NCBI GenBank assembly: GCA_028023455.1
Contig: JAQFVV010000010.1
Span: 17,236,001 to 17,300,000, forward strand
Origin: Epiperipatus broadwayi
Taxonomy: Eukaryota > Animalia > Onychophora
Length of the DNA: 64,000 nt
Direction: 5' to 3'
In this document: piece after piece, positions 41,071 through 54,651 of the stretch
Position numbering within the stretch: position 1 is the first letter of the stretch
Layout: each line of letters starts with the position of its first letter
Notes under the pieces: generated by a model
What the model was told of the DNA's origin: nothing
The model's database searches: none
The model's input: only the letters and a program-made list of their open reading frames with translations
Made by a program: the position numbers and the translations under genes

Positions 41071-41547
41071 AATATTTATCTCAAAGCTTGTTGAGCAATT
41101 AGCAAATATTTAACTAGTTTCAAATTTGACTTCATTATCCCAAAATATTTTAAATTAAATTATATACACTAAAAAATTAATAAAGAAAAAATTTCATTAT
41201 ATCAACAAGCTATCAAAAAATATAAAAAAAAATAAAGATAACGTTATGACAGTAAATATTAACAATATTGCAGATTTTTTTTTCTAATATTTTTGTAAAT
41301 GTAAAAGTAAAAATAATATAAATTTAAATATATATATACCTCATATATATTCATTCATATATTTTTGATTTTGTAAGAGCTTCATAGTATAGTAGTTAAT
41401 GCATAAGCACATACATGTTCACATGCTGCTGTTCAATTTCAGATAAAACATGGAAAAAATTTTCAAACGCCAAGTAAGGTTTGGATTTTTCATTTAATTA
41501 GCTGACCCATGGTCGAATTAGTTAATCAGCCAGTTACTGGTCAATAA

Positions 41548-43149
41548 TAAAAATGGACCAATAATATTAAAAAGATATATGGATGATTATTTGTTATTTT
41601 TTAATAAAAGTGAAAAGCAAATAGATAGGTATTTTAGAAAAAAATAATAAATTGGATGAGAATATAAAATTTACAGTAGAGAAAGAAAAAGAAAATAAAT
41701 TGTCATATTTAGATATATTATTAAAGAAATCATATAAGAAGGGAAAATGTAGAATAGGAACATCAGTATATAAGAAAATGAATGTGGATAATAATAAAAT
41801 GAATTGGAATTCTAATGTGGATAATAAATATAAAATAAGTAGTATTAGCTCAGTAGTATTAGGGCTACTAATTACTGTTCAAATGAAGAAGAGTATAAGA
41901 AAGAAGTAGAATTAATAGTTTAAAGAGGATGGATATTCAGAGAAAATAATAGAGAAAAGTATACAAATATCAGAAAAAAAGATATAAAGAAGAAAATAAA
42001 GAAATAAGATAAGAGAAAATGTAAGAAAGATAGCACTAAAATGGATGAATATATAGGTGTTAAAACATATAGTAATAATATACTTAAGATCATTAATAAA
42101 ATTATTAAAAAATTAATAAAAAATATAATAATATAATTAAATATAAGATAGTAAATAAAAAAAGGAGAAATGTAATGGATATATCTGATAATAAATATAT
42201 TAAAGGAATAGATAAACATATAAAGAAAGTATATGAGATAAAATATAGATCATGTAAGAATAATAAGATAACTAAATATGTAGGAGAAACAAAAAATTCA
42301 ATCTATACAGATTGATTCAGCATAGATATGATAAAAAATTACCAATTTATATACATGCTATGAAAACAAGACATATATTTGAGAGGGATAGCACAAGGAT
42401 GATTGGATATACTAATAAAAGAAGAGACAGAAAAATAAAAGCTATATTAATTAATAAGATAAAACTGAATTTAAATAGAGATGATGGATGGTATAAAGAC
42501 ATTATTTTTATAGGAATATTAATCATAATAGAGAAAATGTATATATAAAGTTTTGTAAAATAAATAGTTTAAAAATAGGATAAAAAGTTAAAGAAATTGA
42601 TAATAAAGGAAGTTGTATTAAAAGAGAATATATGAAAAAGAGACTAAGGATTTTGAAAAAAGAGTCAGTTATAAATTTAAAAAGAGGAAGGTTATACAAA
42701 AGAGGAGTAAAATAAATAAGTAAATTATAGAAGAGAATAAAGATAGGAATAGGAATAAAAATTATTAATAAATAAGTATAGATAAATAATAAAAAGGAAG
42801 GAAAGGAATTAGACTTATAGGTATTAAAAGTAAAATAAAAAAGTTATAAAAATATGTTAGAGTAATATAGAATGATAGGAAGAAAAAATTAAAAAAGAAA
42901 GAAAGTAGAAATAGTAAAAAAATAATAATTAGGAAAAAAGGGAAGTAAAGGTATAGGGTTAAAATATAATTATGAATAATAATGTAAAGTATGTATTTTT
43001 ATATGCATATAGAATAATGGTTATATGATTATATGTTCAAATGTTGTAGTTCTGATGAAGACTGCAGGACAATTGAAACTTAATTAAAGGAATTATATAA
43101 AAAAATTTGCATTAGAGTATATAAGTGGAGATTTATTAAAGTAATATTA
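41548..43149 (+). mobile_element. Penelope-like element, 5'-truncated (RT C-terminus, C-terminal GIY-YIG endonuclease, 3' UTR with HHR)
   Basis: LKRYMDD...IKFTVEKEKENKLSYLDILL...SVYKK; VYEIK..C..YVGETK; NLNRDDG. 13-bp TSD TACTGGTCAATAA (41535-41547, 43150-43162). Confidence 0.9.
43045..43088 (+). ncRNA. Hammerhead ribozyme motif in PLE 3' UTR, degenerate
   Basis: TGTAGTT CTGATGA AGACTGCAGGACAATT GAAAC TTAATT; related to the HHRs at 49404 and 50107. Confidence 0.7.
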
Positions 43150-45569
43150 TACTGGTCAATAAATAATTATTCTAGTTATTCTTAACTAGAGAACAAAAGA
43201 GAAGAAGAATCATCAACTCTCACAACTTTTATTTTTCTATTTTTATTGATTGGCTGCATTGCAGATAGCAATTTATTTTATCCATTTAATCTATTTTTAT
43301 CTATCCATATTATTAAATACTTTTCTCCATTAATTCAATTTCAACTTTTTACCAAATTTATTATTTAGTAGGCTTGGAAAATTTACACCCACCACATGAT
43401 ATCTATATTATTAAATAGATTTGAAAATAACAAATAGCAATTACTCCAAATATATATTTCAAATTTTTGAAATATGGATGATTAAAAGAATTTACAAGGC
43501 AGAAATAATGCAAATAACATGTAATCACATCAATTTTAAAATGTTACATTTCTGGGATATCTATTGAAAGATCAAAGTCTATAAAAATAAGCCAGAGCAT
43601 GGTAAAAAAAAATAGACATATAGTAAGAGTGGAGGCTAACTGAATAAAGGATGTAAATGAGAAATTTCAGAATTGGATTTGGAGGAAAAGCATAACCTTC
43701 AATCTCATTGAAAAAAATATATAATATGGGAATATATTTTTATAATATACATATATATATATGTTGTAAACAATTTTCTGGCATAGGGTTAAAATATCTG
43801 CTTGCCAAATTCATAATCAAGAAAAAAAAGAGATAATTTTTCAGTTTTCTAGTAAATTCATTTAGGCATCTCTTACCTAGAGAATAAAAACAAAAAAAAA
43901 TTCCTCAATAACAGGTTTTTGAACACGTTGATGAATATATCTTTTTCGACACCTCTGTAGTTATTGTTTAAAGCCTTTTTTTATCTACATTATAATTTAT
44001 GTCTTCTGCTTGAAGGCATGCTTAACTAACTAAAATTTTTTATTTAGCCTATAGATTTTTTGACAGTTTAACTATTAACAAAATATCACAAAGGAACCTG
44101 TAGAGATTCCAAACAGGAAATAGAATCATCACTTAATCATAATATTCTATGTCAAAAAAGTTTGCCATTGCCTGCATAGAATTAAAATAATTTATTCTAG
44201 CATTTTAAATGTTCACCATAAAATCATCTTATATTTTTAAGAAGCAGATTATATACCAAACCTATTTATGAATCAACAAAGTCCTGATAAGTCATTTATG
44301 GGTTTATTAAAATTATTAGAATTATATAACAAATACACAAACACACAAATTATTTATAATGTATGATTTATATATAAGTTTAAAAATTGCAACTCATCTT
44401 TGTACATAAATACAGACACATAAAATAATACTGCATCAGTGATTGAAATGCAATTAAACTTTGAATGGCAACATTAATATAAATGATTAATTATATTTTC
44501 CTTATAAATAATAAAAAAATAAGCTAGAAGTAAACACTTTTTCAAACATTCAGATCTGAATTATGAAAATTAAAGCAATCATATAAAATGATAATTTATA
44601 ATTGTACTTAGTCAATATGTATATTAACTTTCTATATAAACATACAAAAGAGCAATTTCCATAGATAAGGAGTAAAATTAGTCAAGATATGTTTTTTATC
44701 CTTTGAATGTAACTTCAGTAAATTCTTAAGTTGACTTCAAAAACTTATATCTAACACGATAATAAGCAATAACAAAACACGATTATATGTGAAAAACACT
44801 GATTTAGTTAATTATTCAAAAACATTGATTTTCCTAATACTGTATATATCTTAAGTTTCAATACAAAACAATGTTTCTAATAACGTGAACGTATAATTTA
44901 TATCCTTATGATTTGTTTGTTTTTTAAAACATATATCAAGAAATAAATACTATGGAACTCCTCCTATTCATTGCACCCACATAATATACAATAATAATTA
45001 ATTTACACTTTTCTATGAATGATAATATATATCAATAAATATTTGAAAACAAAAATAAAAACGTCACAGGACATTATAAATCAGTGTTTTGAAGAGAACA
45101 TGCACCTAGAATATAGGTCAATTGTTAGAACAATTACAAATAAAATGTAAAATCCATATACTGTATATATATATGCATATACAGACCAACTATAGGTGAT
45201 TTTAAAAAGGCGTAAATTCTAAGTTTTAAATTTATTTAGAAAATTTGAATGAAGGTAAACAAAAGTAATAATTTTCAAATATATATTAAAATTAATTTTC
45301 AAATAATTGCCTATAAATATTTTATAGTCATATGTATGTATATAAGTTATTTTAAAAATACTGATAAAATTATCATTATTACGAGAATACATAAATAATC
45401 ATAACTCTACATTTTAAAAAAAAACACTTAAGTATAGAAAATCACAAAGGCATCAAATTTAGAAATTTAACGTTTACAAGCTGCAACTACGTTAAGTAAT
45501 CGAGTGATTTTAAACTTTCAATTATTTATTAACTACAAAACAAAACAAAGTGAAGAAAATATATTTTAC

Positions 45570-45633
45570 CTTCAGATGAGGATCCATGAAGTTCAACTAT
45601 AACATGGATCTTGCCACTTGGTTCTAAGTCAAT
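45570..45633 (-). CDS. PRKCE: Novel protein kinase C (epsilon/eta type), exon 2
   Basis: TTGTAG|ATT GAC TTA GAA CCA...TCT GAA G|GTAAAA encodes IDLEPSGKIHVIVELHGSSSE, in phase with exon 1. Confidence 0.93.
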
Positions 45634-45876
45634 CTACAATTACAACAAAATAATTTCAGATGAAAATGGGTTGCTGAGTTTGGCATAATGCAACTGATGA
45701 ACGTCTATGTGTCTATGGGAACAACTGCTATGCAGCGACCTTTAAAGCTTATGCGTTATTGCAAGCTCAGATCATCAGTTTGGTTTTTAAAAGAAAAAGT
45801 TAATTTCATTTATGACAAAACATTTAAATGTCACAAAACGAAAGCAATTGTTTTTAAAAATGATAAAATCACTTAC

Positions 45877-46218
45877 CCAAATATCCGAAATAGGTTTTGC
45901 ACATAAATCTTCAAAAGGTACAGTGCAATTGGCAACAAAATCATCAGGGGAAATGGCCGCGTTATGAAATACGGTAAATCCCATGTTTTGGCCATTATGA
46001 ACTTCTGTATTAAATTCCTCGTTCCAAACAGGCTTAAAGGTTTTGGGCCGAGAAGTAGTCTTTGCAATAAAAGTCTCATCTACATCGATAGAAACATAAG
46101 GATCTATCATTTGAGACTGTGGTTTAGCGCCGAAGCCATGCCTTGTAGCAAAGTCTGTCGGCTTAAGATCCACGGCTTCACAGACTTTCAGCTTCATAGA
46201 TCCATTGAATACCACCAT
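45877..46218 (-). CDS. PRKCE: Novel protein kinase C (epsilon/eta type; Pkc98E/Apl II-like), exon 1 CDS, N-terminal C2 domain
   Basis: [23 protein letters not shown]...DPYVSIDVD...PVWNEEF...[25 protein letters not shown]...SDIW, then donor TGG|GTAAGT at 45876-45871. Confidence 0.95.
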
Positions 46219-47899
46219 GATTGTGTCAAGTCACTTTAAAATGTGTTTAAAACACGAAGTGATCCCTAGATAGCTATCCAAGGCGATATTTCATAAAGAA
46301 AAAATGTGAAAATCCGCATATGAATATGGTTATTTTTACGCATCCATGGCGGCCAAATGCATAAAAGTGCAAGGATAGTAATTGTCAATCCCACAATTCA
46401 AAAAACACTGTAGGATCGCTTAAGCTCTTTATGATAATATATTTAATTATTTTATTTTGTAAAAAAATACATTTACAATTTAAAAAAAAAAAATTAAATT
46501 CTTCTAATTATTTTTATGTTTAAGAGCTTTATTATACTAAAAATTAAATTCTTTTACAAATATCATATGTTGTAAGGAATTTAATTTTAAAATGGCTGCT
46601 AGCTTACATTATTGTTTTTCTCGGTCTTTTACTAGAGGATTAATACTTTATATTAGGTTAGTATTTATTTACAAATAAAAATTTATAGTTAATTATCTTA
46701 AATAAGTTTCAAATGATTAATATTAATAAAACATGTATTAATAAATTTATTTTATTAGAAAAACGTAACATCTTTTTGTCGTCTGCCTAAATTTATTTTA
46801 TTTTCTTTGTTAATATTTCAAATTAATAAATTATTTTAGTTTTTACAATACATTTATTCCACAAGTACGTTCTTTTAAATAGTTGACTATTTATCTAACT
46901 GTATATATATACATTATATATGCCAATTTCAAGCGAAAATCCTATTATGAATTGGAAATTGAAGAAAGTAGGGATCGTCAAAAGTTGCCCATACATAACC
47001 GAAATAATTCATTGATTGACTTTGCAAATTTATAATAACTATTTTTATTTTTTAGGAATCTAAATATATGTAGACGAATATTCTCTAGTAACTTCGATTT
47101 TTTCCTTAAATTATTAGTATAGTTGTGGAATTTTTAGTACAATTATCACTACATTTTCTAATTTCCACTTTGGGGGAGCTTGTTCATTTTACTCAAAATT
47201 TTTCTCGATTTCTGTTTATTTTTTAATTTTTCTAGTTAATCAGATTTATCGTCACTTAATGCATTTCCAAAATTTAAAATTGATTTTTGATGTTATTACA
47301 AAAATAAATACTTATGTTGACTATCTAGGGTGCTTGTATTATTTAGCTTCATCCAAAGTTAAATTTGTGATTTCTTTCTTAATTTAAACCTGACTGTGTT
47401 TTTTTTATTAAAACTGAAGTCTTCCAAAAAAACGTACTCTTTTTGATTGCATTGCATTTCATTCAGTGATATTTATGATTCATACCATTTACAAAGGAAG
47501 TTGTAAATGGTATGATATGTTAAAGTAGAAATCAATACATAGGAAAAGAAAGAAGAAAATTATGATTCACAATAAAAAATATACTAAATTCACATAATAA
47601 TTAGTCATTATCCTACTTCCTTTCTATTTTCAAGACTGACTAAGCTTGTGTTCCTTTCTGTTGTCTACTTGAAAATTTTAATCACTAATCATTGAAAGTA
47701 TATTATGCTTGCAAATTGCAAAGGCTTTTATTACATGTTGAATGGGTATCCATAAAACTCAAGTAATACCACTTTATAGGATTATATTTAATAATAATTC
47801 TTGCAATATTTTTATTATCAAAGTCACACAATTTTTTCTTTGCTATCTTTAGTTTAATTATAGATAATATATTTTTCTCATTTATAATATTCATAGTCA

Positions 47900-48100
47900 G
47901 GTCACCTTACATCATTAATTTGTCTAAGTTGTCAAATTTCTATTTTGACACATCAATTTTTTTTTGGTTCACAGTTTGTACATTCCAGGCTCCAAAGCTA
48001 ATAATTCTTCTTGAAGTTTCAAATTTGTTTTTTTTCTGCAGGAAACATTAACGACTAGCCATCCAAATGGCTTTAACTCTAGTTGTATCTGTAAAATTAT
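47900..48100 (-). mobile_element. LINE (RTE-like) 5' endonuclease-start fragment
   Basis: Minus frame RIISFGAWNVQTVNQ matches the G.WNV.TL start of APE domains. Confidence 0.55.
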
Positions 48101-49403
48101 ATGTTCATAGATATTTGTATTCATGTATTTGTAGTGTGTTATAGTTCTGAAGAAGATTGTTGGGGCAATCCGAACTGTCATAGTGGGTTATAATAAAAGC
48201 ATATAAAACAGCAATAAAGAGCATAGATGATTTAATATAAACTTGCTATACTGGGAAATATTTTAGGTTGTTTTTCAGTAACCATTGAGTGCCTTTGAAC
48301 CTAAAAAGGATTCATATTCTACCACTATATCATCATTCTGCTTGTTTTATTATTCATGATTTGCAATCTCATGTACAAAATTAATTTCTGATAGTCTTCC
48401 CATCACAAATTGAAATGATATTTAGCTGTTAGACATAGCAATTATCAACTATAATTTTTTATATTGCTGGTGCTAAATATAAATGTTAGTGTCGAAATAT
48501 TAAAAAACAAGAATAAAACAAAAAGAAGAGTATAAGATAAATAGGAGTATATAATATAATGAAAAAGAATAGATCCCCGCTTATAAAGAATGTTAGAGAA
48601 AAAGCATGAAATTATAAATTTCAGTATAAGACAAGTATAAATAATAGATAAAAGGTTGTAGCTAGGTATAACACATGAAAAAATATTTAAAATTATTAAA
48701 CATAATATTTTTTTTCTATTAAATTATTAATTAAAATAAAGAAGGACAATAGGTAAGAATGTCATTCAGATGAGTTTCCAAAATTACCTGAAAATGTATA
48801 ATTAAAACAGGCATTAATTTTGTGACGTAATGCTTTCCACACAAATAATGTATTTATTTTCTATGGATATTCTGATAGACATTCTTTTCCTTAAACAATA
48901 TCTTAAGAATTTATTCTTATATTTTATTCATTGCTTACAGCTATATCATTCATACTTTTTTCACATAAGATATTTTTTTATATATATACTTCTATTATTG
49001 AAAATTATATTATTATATTTTTTCATAATAACTTAGTCCTGTTGTGTAATAGTATATGCATTAGCAAAACCAGAACTCTGCACAATAGACAGCTGAGAAA
49101 AATGTATATTTCTATGGATGACTCATCAGATTTAAGAAGAAATGTGATCAAACTTTTTTCCTCCACTTGCTTTCTCTCTGTTTCAGTAACTGAAAATAAT
49201 TCTTCCTATAAAATTATGTTTCAAAAGGGAACTTTATTAAGACTAAAAAAAGGTTTGCAATGAGTTACTTTTATATACATGTGTTTACATTAGTGAAGTG
49301 ATATAATTTTCTACTTCTTCCTTTTCCTATGTATTAATTTGTATTTTAACATATCATACCATTTACACCTTTCTTAAACACTATCAATACTTTTATTTAT
49401 ATC

Positions 49404-49447
49404 AAACTAACAGTTTTGACTGTCCTGAGGTCATCATCAGAGCTACA
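49404..49447 (-). ncRNA. Hammerhead ribozyme motif (G12 mutated to A)
   Basis: Minus: GTAGCT CTGATGA T GAC CTCAGGACA GTC AAAAC T GTT AGTT. Confidence 0.75.
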
Positions 49448-50106
49448 ATATTCAAATATATAATTATATAATTAATACACTTATCTACTTATTCATATAC
49501 ATAATTAAATACACAATATAAACAAAAATAAATATACATTTTAATCTGACCATTATAAATAATCATTTCCCATTTTATTACTTTACTCTTCAAATAATTC
49601 TATCAATATTTATTTTTTATCAATTTATTTTATTTTTTAAAAATATTATTTATTATAATAATTATAAACTTAAACATTTAATTTACTATTTAATACATAT
49701 TATTGTCATTTTACTTATATTATAAAATCAACTTCTAATCTTTTCTTATTTTTATTAAATATTTTTAACTAAGTTAATTGATAATTATAAAATATTTAAT
49801 AAAAATAAGAAAAGATTAGAAGTTGATTTTATAATACAAGTAAAATGACAATAATATGTATTAAATAGTAGATTAAATGTTTAAGTTTATAATTATTATA
49901 ATAAATAATATTTTTAAAAAATAAAATAAATTGATATAAAATAAATATTGATAGAATTATTTAAAGAGTAAAGTAATAAAATGGGAAATGATTATTTATA
50001 TTGGTCAGATTAAAATGTATATTTATTTTTGTTTATATTGTGTATTTAATTATCTATATGAATATGTGGATAAGTGTATTAATTGTATAATTATATACTT
50101 GAATAT

Positions 50107-50150
50107 TGTAGCTCTGATAATGACCGCGGGTCAGTCGAAACTTTTAGTTT
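50107..50150 (+). ncRNA. Hammerhead ribozyme motif (G8 mutated to A)
   Basis: GTAGCT CTGATAA T GAC CGCGGGTCA GTC GAAAC TTTT AGTT. Confidence 0.75.
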
Positions 50151-52299
50151 GATATAAATAAAAGTATTGATAAAGTGTTAATATTTATTATAAATGTGTA
50201 TATTGGGACTGTTTTCATGTCTGCTCATAAATGCCTCTATTGGCAGGGTTGTGTGGGTCCGTATCCTGGATTATTATTATTTCAGTTGCCTTGGGAGGGG
50301 GGGGGCATTCTTTTGCAGTTCTTTCTGGTTCTGTTGGTGTTCATTTCTGGAAATTGCATATGTGTGGTTTGGTTAAATGTGTTAAAACTATATCTTAATG
50401 TATTTCCACTGACTATACATTTTTTGGTTGTTGTAGCATCAGCTTGATTCGTTGATGGCTAGTGATTCAATAAGTTGTGCATAGAGGATATAGTAGTCAT
50501 AAGCTTTGATGGACTCTGAAGTCTGTAGCAGTGTTTAGGTTGCATTGTCACCATCCACTTGGTCACGTTTCTTAATGGCTGCCATTTGCATTGACTTTGT
50601 CATTAAGTAAATATTTATTTTTTTTAGAAAAATACTATTTAATTTTTACATATCAGAGAAAAGTTATTTCTGTTTGCTCAGTTATATTTATTCCTTGTAT
50701 ATATTTGATTCTTATCTCAAAGTATATGGGTTTTTCAGATTTTCTTTGGTTTTAAACCCAAACAATTGTGATATTACCAAGATTTACTACAGGACTATTA
50801 TTATGTTTTATTGTTATTGATAAATTTTAGTGTTTTTTTTTTAATTTCTGTAATCAATTTTCTAAGAAAAATAATTAAATTGTTCAATTTTATTTATTGA
50901 TCTTATATATGTGATTTTTATCTTGAAGTATGGAGGTCTTGAATAGTTTTTTGGGGTTCAAACCCAGAAATTTTTTTCTTGCAAGCATTTTGGCTGATTT
51001 GAAAAAGTTAATTTTCAATGGAAAAGCTTTGGTGGATTTAAAATTGTCATAGAAAAGCTGCTTAGAATAGTTAATAATTGTTATTTATTTAAGTATAGTT
51101 TAAATTTGCCTGGAAAATGCCAAATTTTAGGTGGAGTATTTGGGGTTTAAACTTGGAAATTTTTTTCTTGTCAACTACAATTACCAAGTTTTGCTGTGCG
51201 ACTTTCTTTTAAAATATTTTAATACATTTTTAATTATAATTTGTATAAATATATATATATTTATTTTAGTTTCTTTCACTTTTTTTGTAATACAAATTAA
51301 AATAATTGAAATAAGTTTTCAAAGCAAAATTATTAATAGCCATTTTTCATTTTATAAAAGTGAAGTTAGATATTCTTTTCTCACCTAACATATTGAATAA
51401 TTTTTTATTGTTAACTAGATAAACTGTTGTTATACAAGATGGTTAAACAAAATAATGTTATATTAACAGTAGTAGCATTTTTTTAATAAAATTTTATTAA
51501 TATTATTTAAAAAAAATTGCTCTACTTACACACTTGTCATTTGTTTATATTTCTTTTTTATTAAATAAAACATACTTTAAGTAAAAAGTAATAATAATGA
51601 TAAAAAAATAGTTATACGTGTTTTTCATTTCCCCCATATTTTATTCTATAATAAAAAAGCAATATTACAAGATACAGATTGAATTTTCTTGCATTAAAAA
51701 CTTATTTATGTAGTCTAACAGTTTTTCAATCACAAATTTGTTTTGTATTTATTTAATATTGTTTTTATATTTTAACCAGAGGACTGACTTTCTTTCTGAT
51801 GAAAATCAGTTCTCTGTCTGAAATATAAAAGTAGTTTTACATATAAGTAATTTTAGTTGTCCTGTATTTTATTATTTTATTGTAATATTCCCTTTAGTTA
51901 GTCTTTATATATATTTTTTATATTTATTTAATATTGGGTATAGTCCTATATTTAATTTATCTAATTTTTTATGTATTAGCAGTTTAGTTTCATTTAATTT
52001 AGGAATTCTAATCACCATCTGATTTTTATCTGGAATTTGCATAACTTTTTTAAACTGTTATATTTGTTCTACACCTATTTTTTTTATTATATAAAATTAT
52101 TTAAGCAATAGTTTTATTTTGTTCTATATCATTAATTTAAGAAATACTAAGTAAAGTGACTTTATTTAAATTTGGAGCCTAATTTTCTATTTCTCCTTTC
52201 ATAATGACTTTTTCTAAAAAAAAAAAAAAAAAATCTTTGTTATTTTCAGATATATTTCTCCTATTTGCAATATTACTTATCTTACTGAAATAGCATATT

Positions 52300-53900
52300 A
52301 CCTGTCAAGTAAGAAGTACCTATCAGTTTGTTAGTTTTTAGTATGATCTTAGGACTTCAATATAAAATAACTTTAATTGAAGTTCCACTAAGTTTCTCTT
52401 CTCTTATTTTTAAATTAAGATTTTCTTTTGGATTTCTTATTTTCATTGTTTAGAAATTGTTTATTCCTGATTGAAGAAGTTTTCACATTCAAGTTAGTGG
52501 CTTATGCAACAAACTTCTGTATCAATCTTTGGAAATACTTTCTTTTTGTCCATGTGTGAACTTAAAAAAATTATTCCAAGAATTAATGAGAGTATCTTTG
52601 GAACTCCTTTGTCTAATCTAAAAGTATTAATTTTCATAGATATCCAAGCAACAGTTAAATTAGATTCACAACTCTAATATTTTATTGAGTAACCTATATC
52701 TGTAAATAGTAGATTAGTAGAAGGTTTTTTATTTGTCTCAGTAATTAAATATTACAAATATTAAATCTTACCTTTTACATTTTTTAATATATATGTCTAG
52801 TCTATTTAAATTTATAACCAGTTTAGTCTACTTTCAAATAATTTTGTCAATTTTATTTATCAAATATTCTATCCAATCTTGCCATTTCTTTACTCTTTCG
52901 TATAACCTTGCTTATATACATATGAATTCTTCATTCATATTTTTACACATTGCTATATGTTTTTTTATGTTTTTTACATGCATTTATACTTCTTTCAGTA
53001 GAATATCCTACATCATTATACTGTTTGTTGATTTTTTCAAATTTACTTTTGGCATATAAGCCTTTATTGCTTTATTGCTTCAGATACTTGAACCTTTAAG
53101 GTAAAAATATCTTGTCTCCTAATCATCAGTGTAATTCAGTTTTTAAAGTGCACTTCTGTTATTTTTTGCTCCATTTTATCATGAAGCTAATTTAACAGAT
53201 GTTTTCCCAATTTCTTGTAAATCCTTTACATCACTTTTTTATTATATTTCTGCTTCTGTAAATGTTTGCCCTGAATATTATCAATTTTTGTTTCTGAATA
53301 ACATGAGATTTTTTAAAACTTCTCTTGAGCTTTCCTAAACTTCTCTTTTATTTTCATCTTTATTTCTAATATTTCCATTTTTATTTTTTATTTTATAATT
53401 TATTATTAATATATTTATACTTTATTATTGTAACTATGATTCTTCCCTATAATTTTTATTTACATTTTATTTTTAAATTCTTTGAATTCCTATAATTTTC
53501 CATAATTATTTTTTTTGAAGCTCATTGATTTTTATTTTTTGCATTCAATCTTGAGATTTTTTTGAAAAAGTCTTTGTATAAAAGATTCTGGATGTAAGAA
53601 GGGGGGATGTATCATATCCTAAGGTTGTTGGAATTTCTGTTTCTATCCCAAGCTTGTTTCAATTTTTATTTCAGAAATATTTTGAATATTTTTGAAATTT
53701 TTTGGTTTTATTTTTGAGATTCATCAAATTTCTCCATAGCTTGTTTTGTTATTTTTTTCCCCTTAGATTTTCTTTTGAGATTTTTTTTTAATTCTTGTCT
53801 TAAAAACTGAAGACTAGCAAGAAACAATGTTTAATTGTTTTTATATTAAATAATTATCCATTGCTATATCTTTTTTATAATTATAATATAATATATTTAA
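52300..53900 (-). mobile_element. Highly degenerate RTE-like LINE RT region
   Basis: Minus-strand remnants of YG.P.KI..I..LY...F.I..GVRQG (GATTAGACAAAGG at ~52605) and linker-like purine-rich sequence. Confidence 0.5.
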
Positions 53901-54575
53901 GTAAGATTAAAATTATACAGATATTATGATATTTTGTTATTTGTCAAACAAAACTATATCCACACAAAAGAATTAAAAACAAATATTGCATTTTTTTAAA
54001 TATATTTTTATAGTTTCTTTTTATAGTAACTAACTTCCTAAATATCTTTTTAAAATTCATGCTTTTTTCCCTGTATATTTTATATAAAAATTTCCTCTTT
54101 TTTTGTATTTTCCTACATTGTTTTTTTTACTATAATTTTATTTATGCCAGTAAAATATATCTAAATGAAATGTTATAAACTTTTTTAAATTCTCTAGGTT
54201 TCTCTTAATCAATCATATCTTTTATATTGTTCATCAAAAATTAATATTGTAATGGAATAGGAAGTGATTATATTTGCTCGGATGAGAAAGGCACAAGATC
54301 TTTCTCAATCAAATTATCTATATTTGTGAAGGTTATCAGATGTTGTTATTTTTATAAAATAAATTATATGAAAGTTGTAATAAATAATATTTATTAATTC
54401 AAACAAAGTTAAAAATTCAATGTTTTCCTGAAGGTTGTGTGATGATGGTGTTCTAGTTGTATTTTTATATTGGACTATTTCCATCATCTAATATGAGTAT
54501 TGAATGTCTTTAGAAAAATGTAACTTTATTTAAATATTCCAAATACATTCAACTGTTAATAACATCAAACAAGTT

Positions 54576-54631
54576 AGCATATGCACAACATTTTGAGAGG
54601 TATTATTCTCCCCTCTTCTTCAGGTGCTGCT
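54576..54631 (-). ncRNA. Minimal type-I hammerhead ribozyme motif (ancestral CGAAACGUU)
   Basis: Minus: AGCA GCAC CTGAAGA A GAGGGG AGAATAATA CCTCTC AAAA TG TT GTGC ATA TGCT. Stem I is bulged (AGCA-GCAC / GTGC-ATA-TGCT). Confidence 0.8.
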
Positions 54632-54651
54632 GGCCTGGCCAGTGACAGTAC

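Larger units (their letters stand above)
49375..50180. mobile_element. ~800-bp palindrome (two ~390-bp arms, ~22-nt spacer) of a PLE-type 3' UTR, HHR near each outer end
   Basis: 49375-49765 is the reverse complement of 49788-50180 at high identity. Confidence 0.9.

Noticed and set aside
41495-41535. Hairpin GCTGACCCATGGTC...TCAGC next to the PLE TSD
   Set aside because: Lacks the CUGANGA and GAAA cores; function unsupported.
43870-43960. Possible PKC exon 3 (AG...GTAAGA on minus, RKRYIHQ)
   Set aside because: The translation does not match the nPKC pseudosubstrate/C1 region.
46320-46610. YY1-like ATGGCGGC / AAAATGGCTG motifs upstream of the PKC start
   Set aside because: Short motifs with no TSS data; insufficient to call a promoter.
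49095-49135. Minus-strand CTGATGAG...GAAA
   Set aside because: No stem II can form; likely chance.
51790-51835. CTTT CTGATGA ... GAAA TA TA AAAG hammerhead-like string
   Set aside because: Stem II is mismatched, the pairing is all A/T, and there is no second copy or PLE context.
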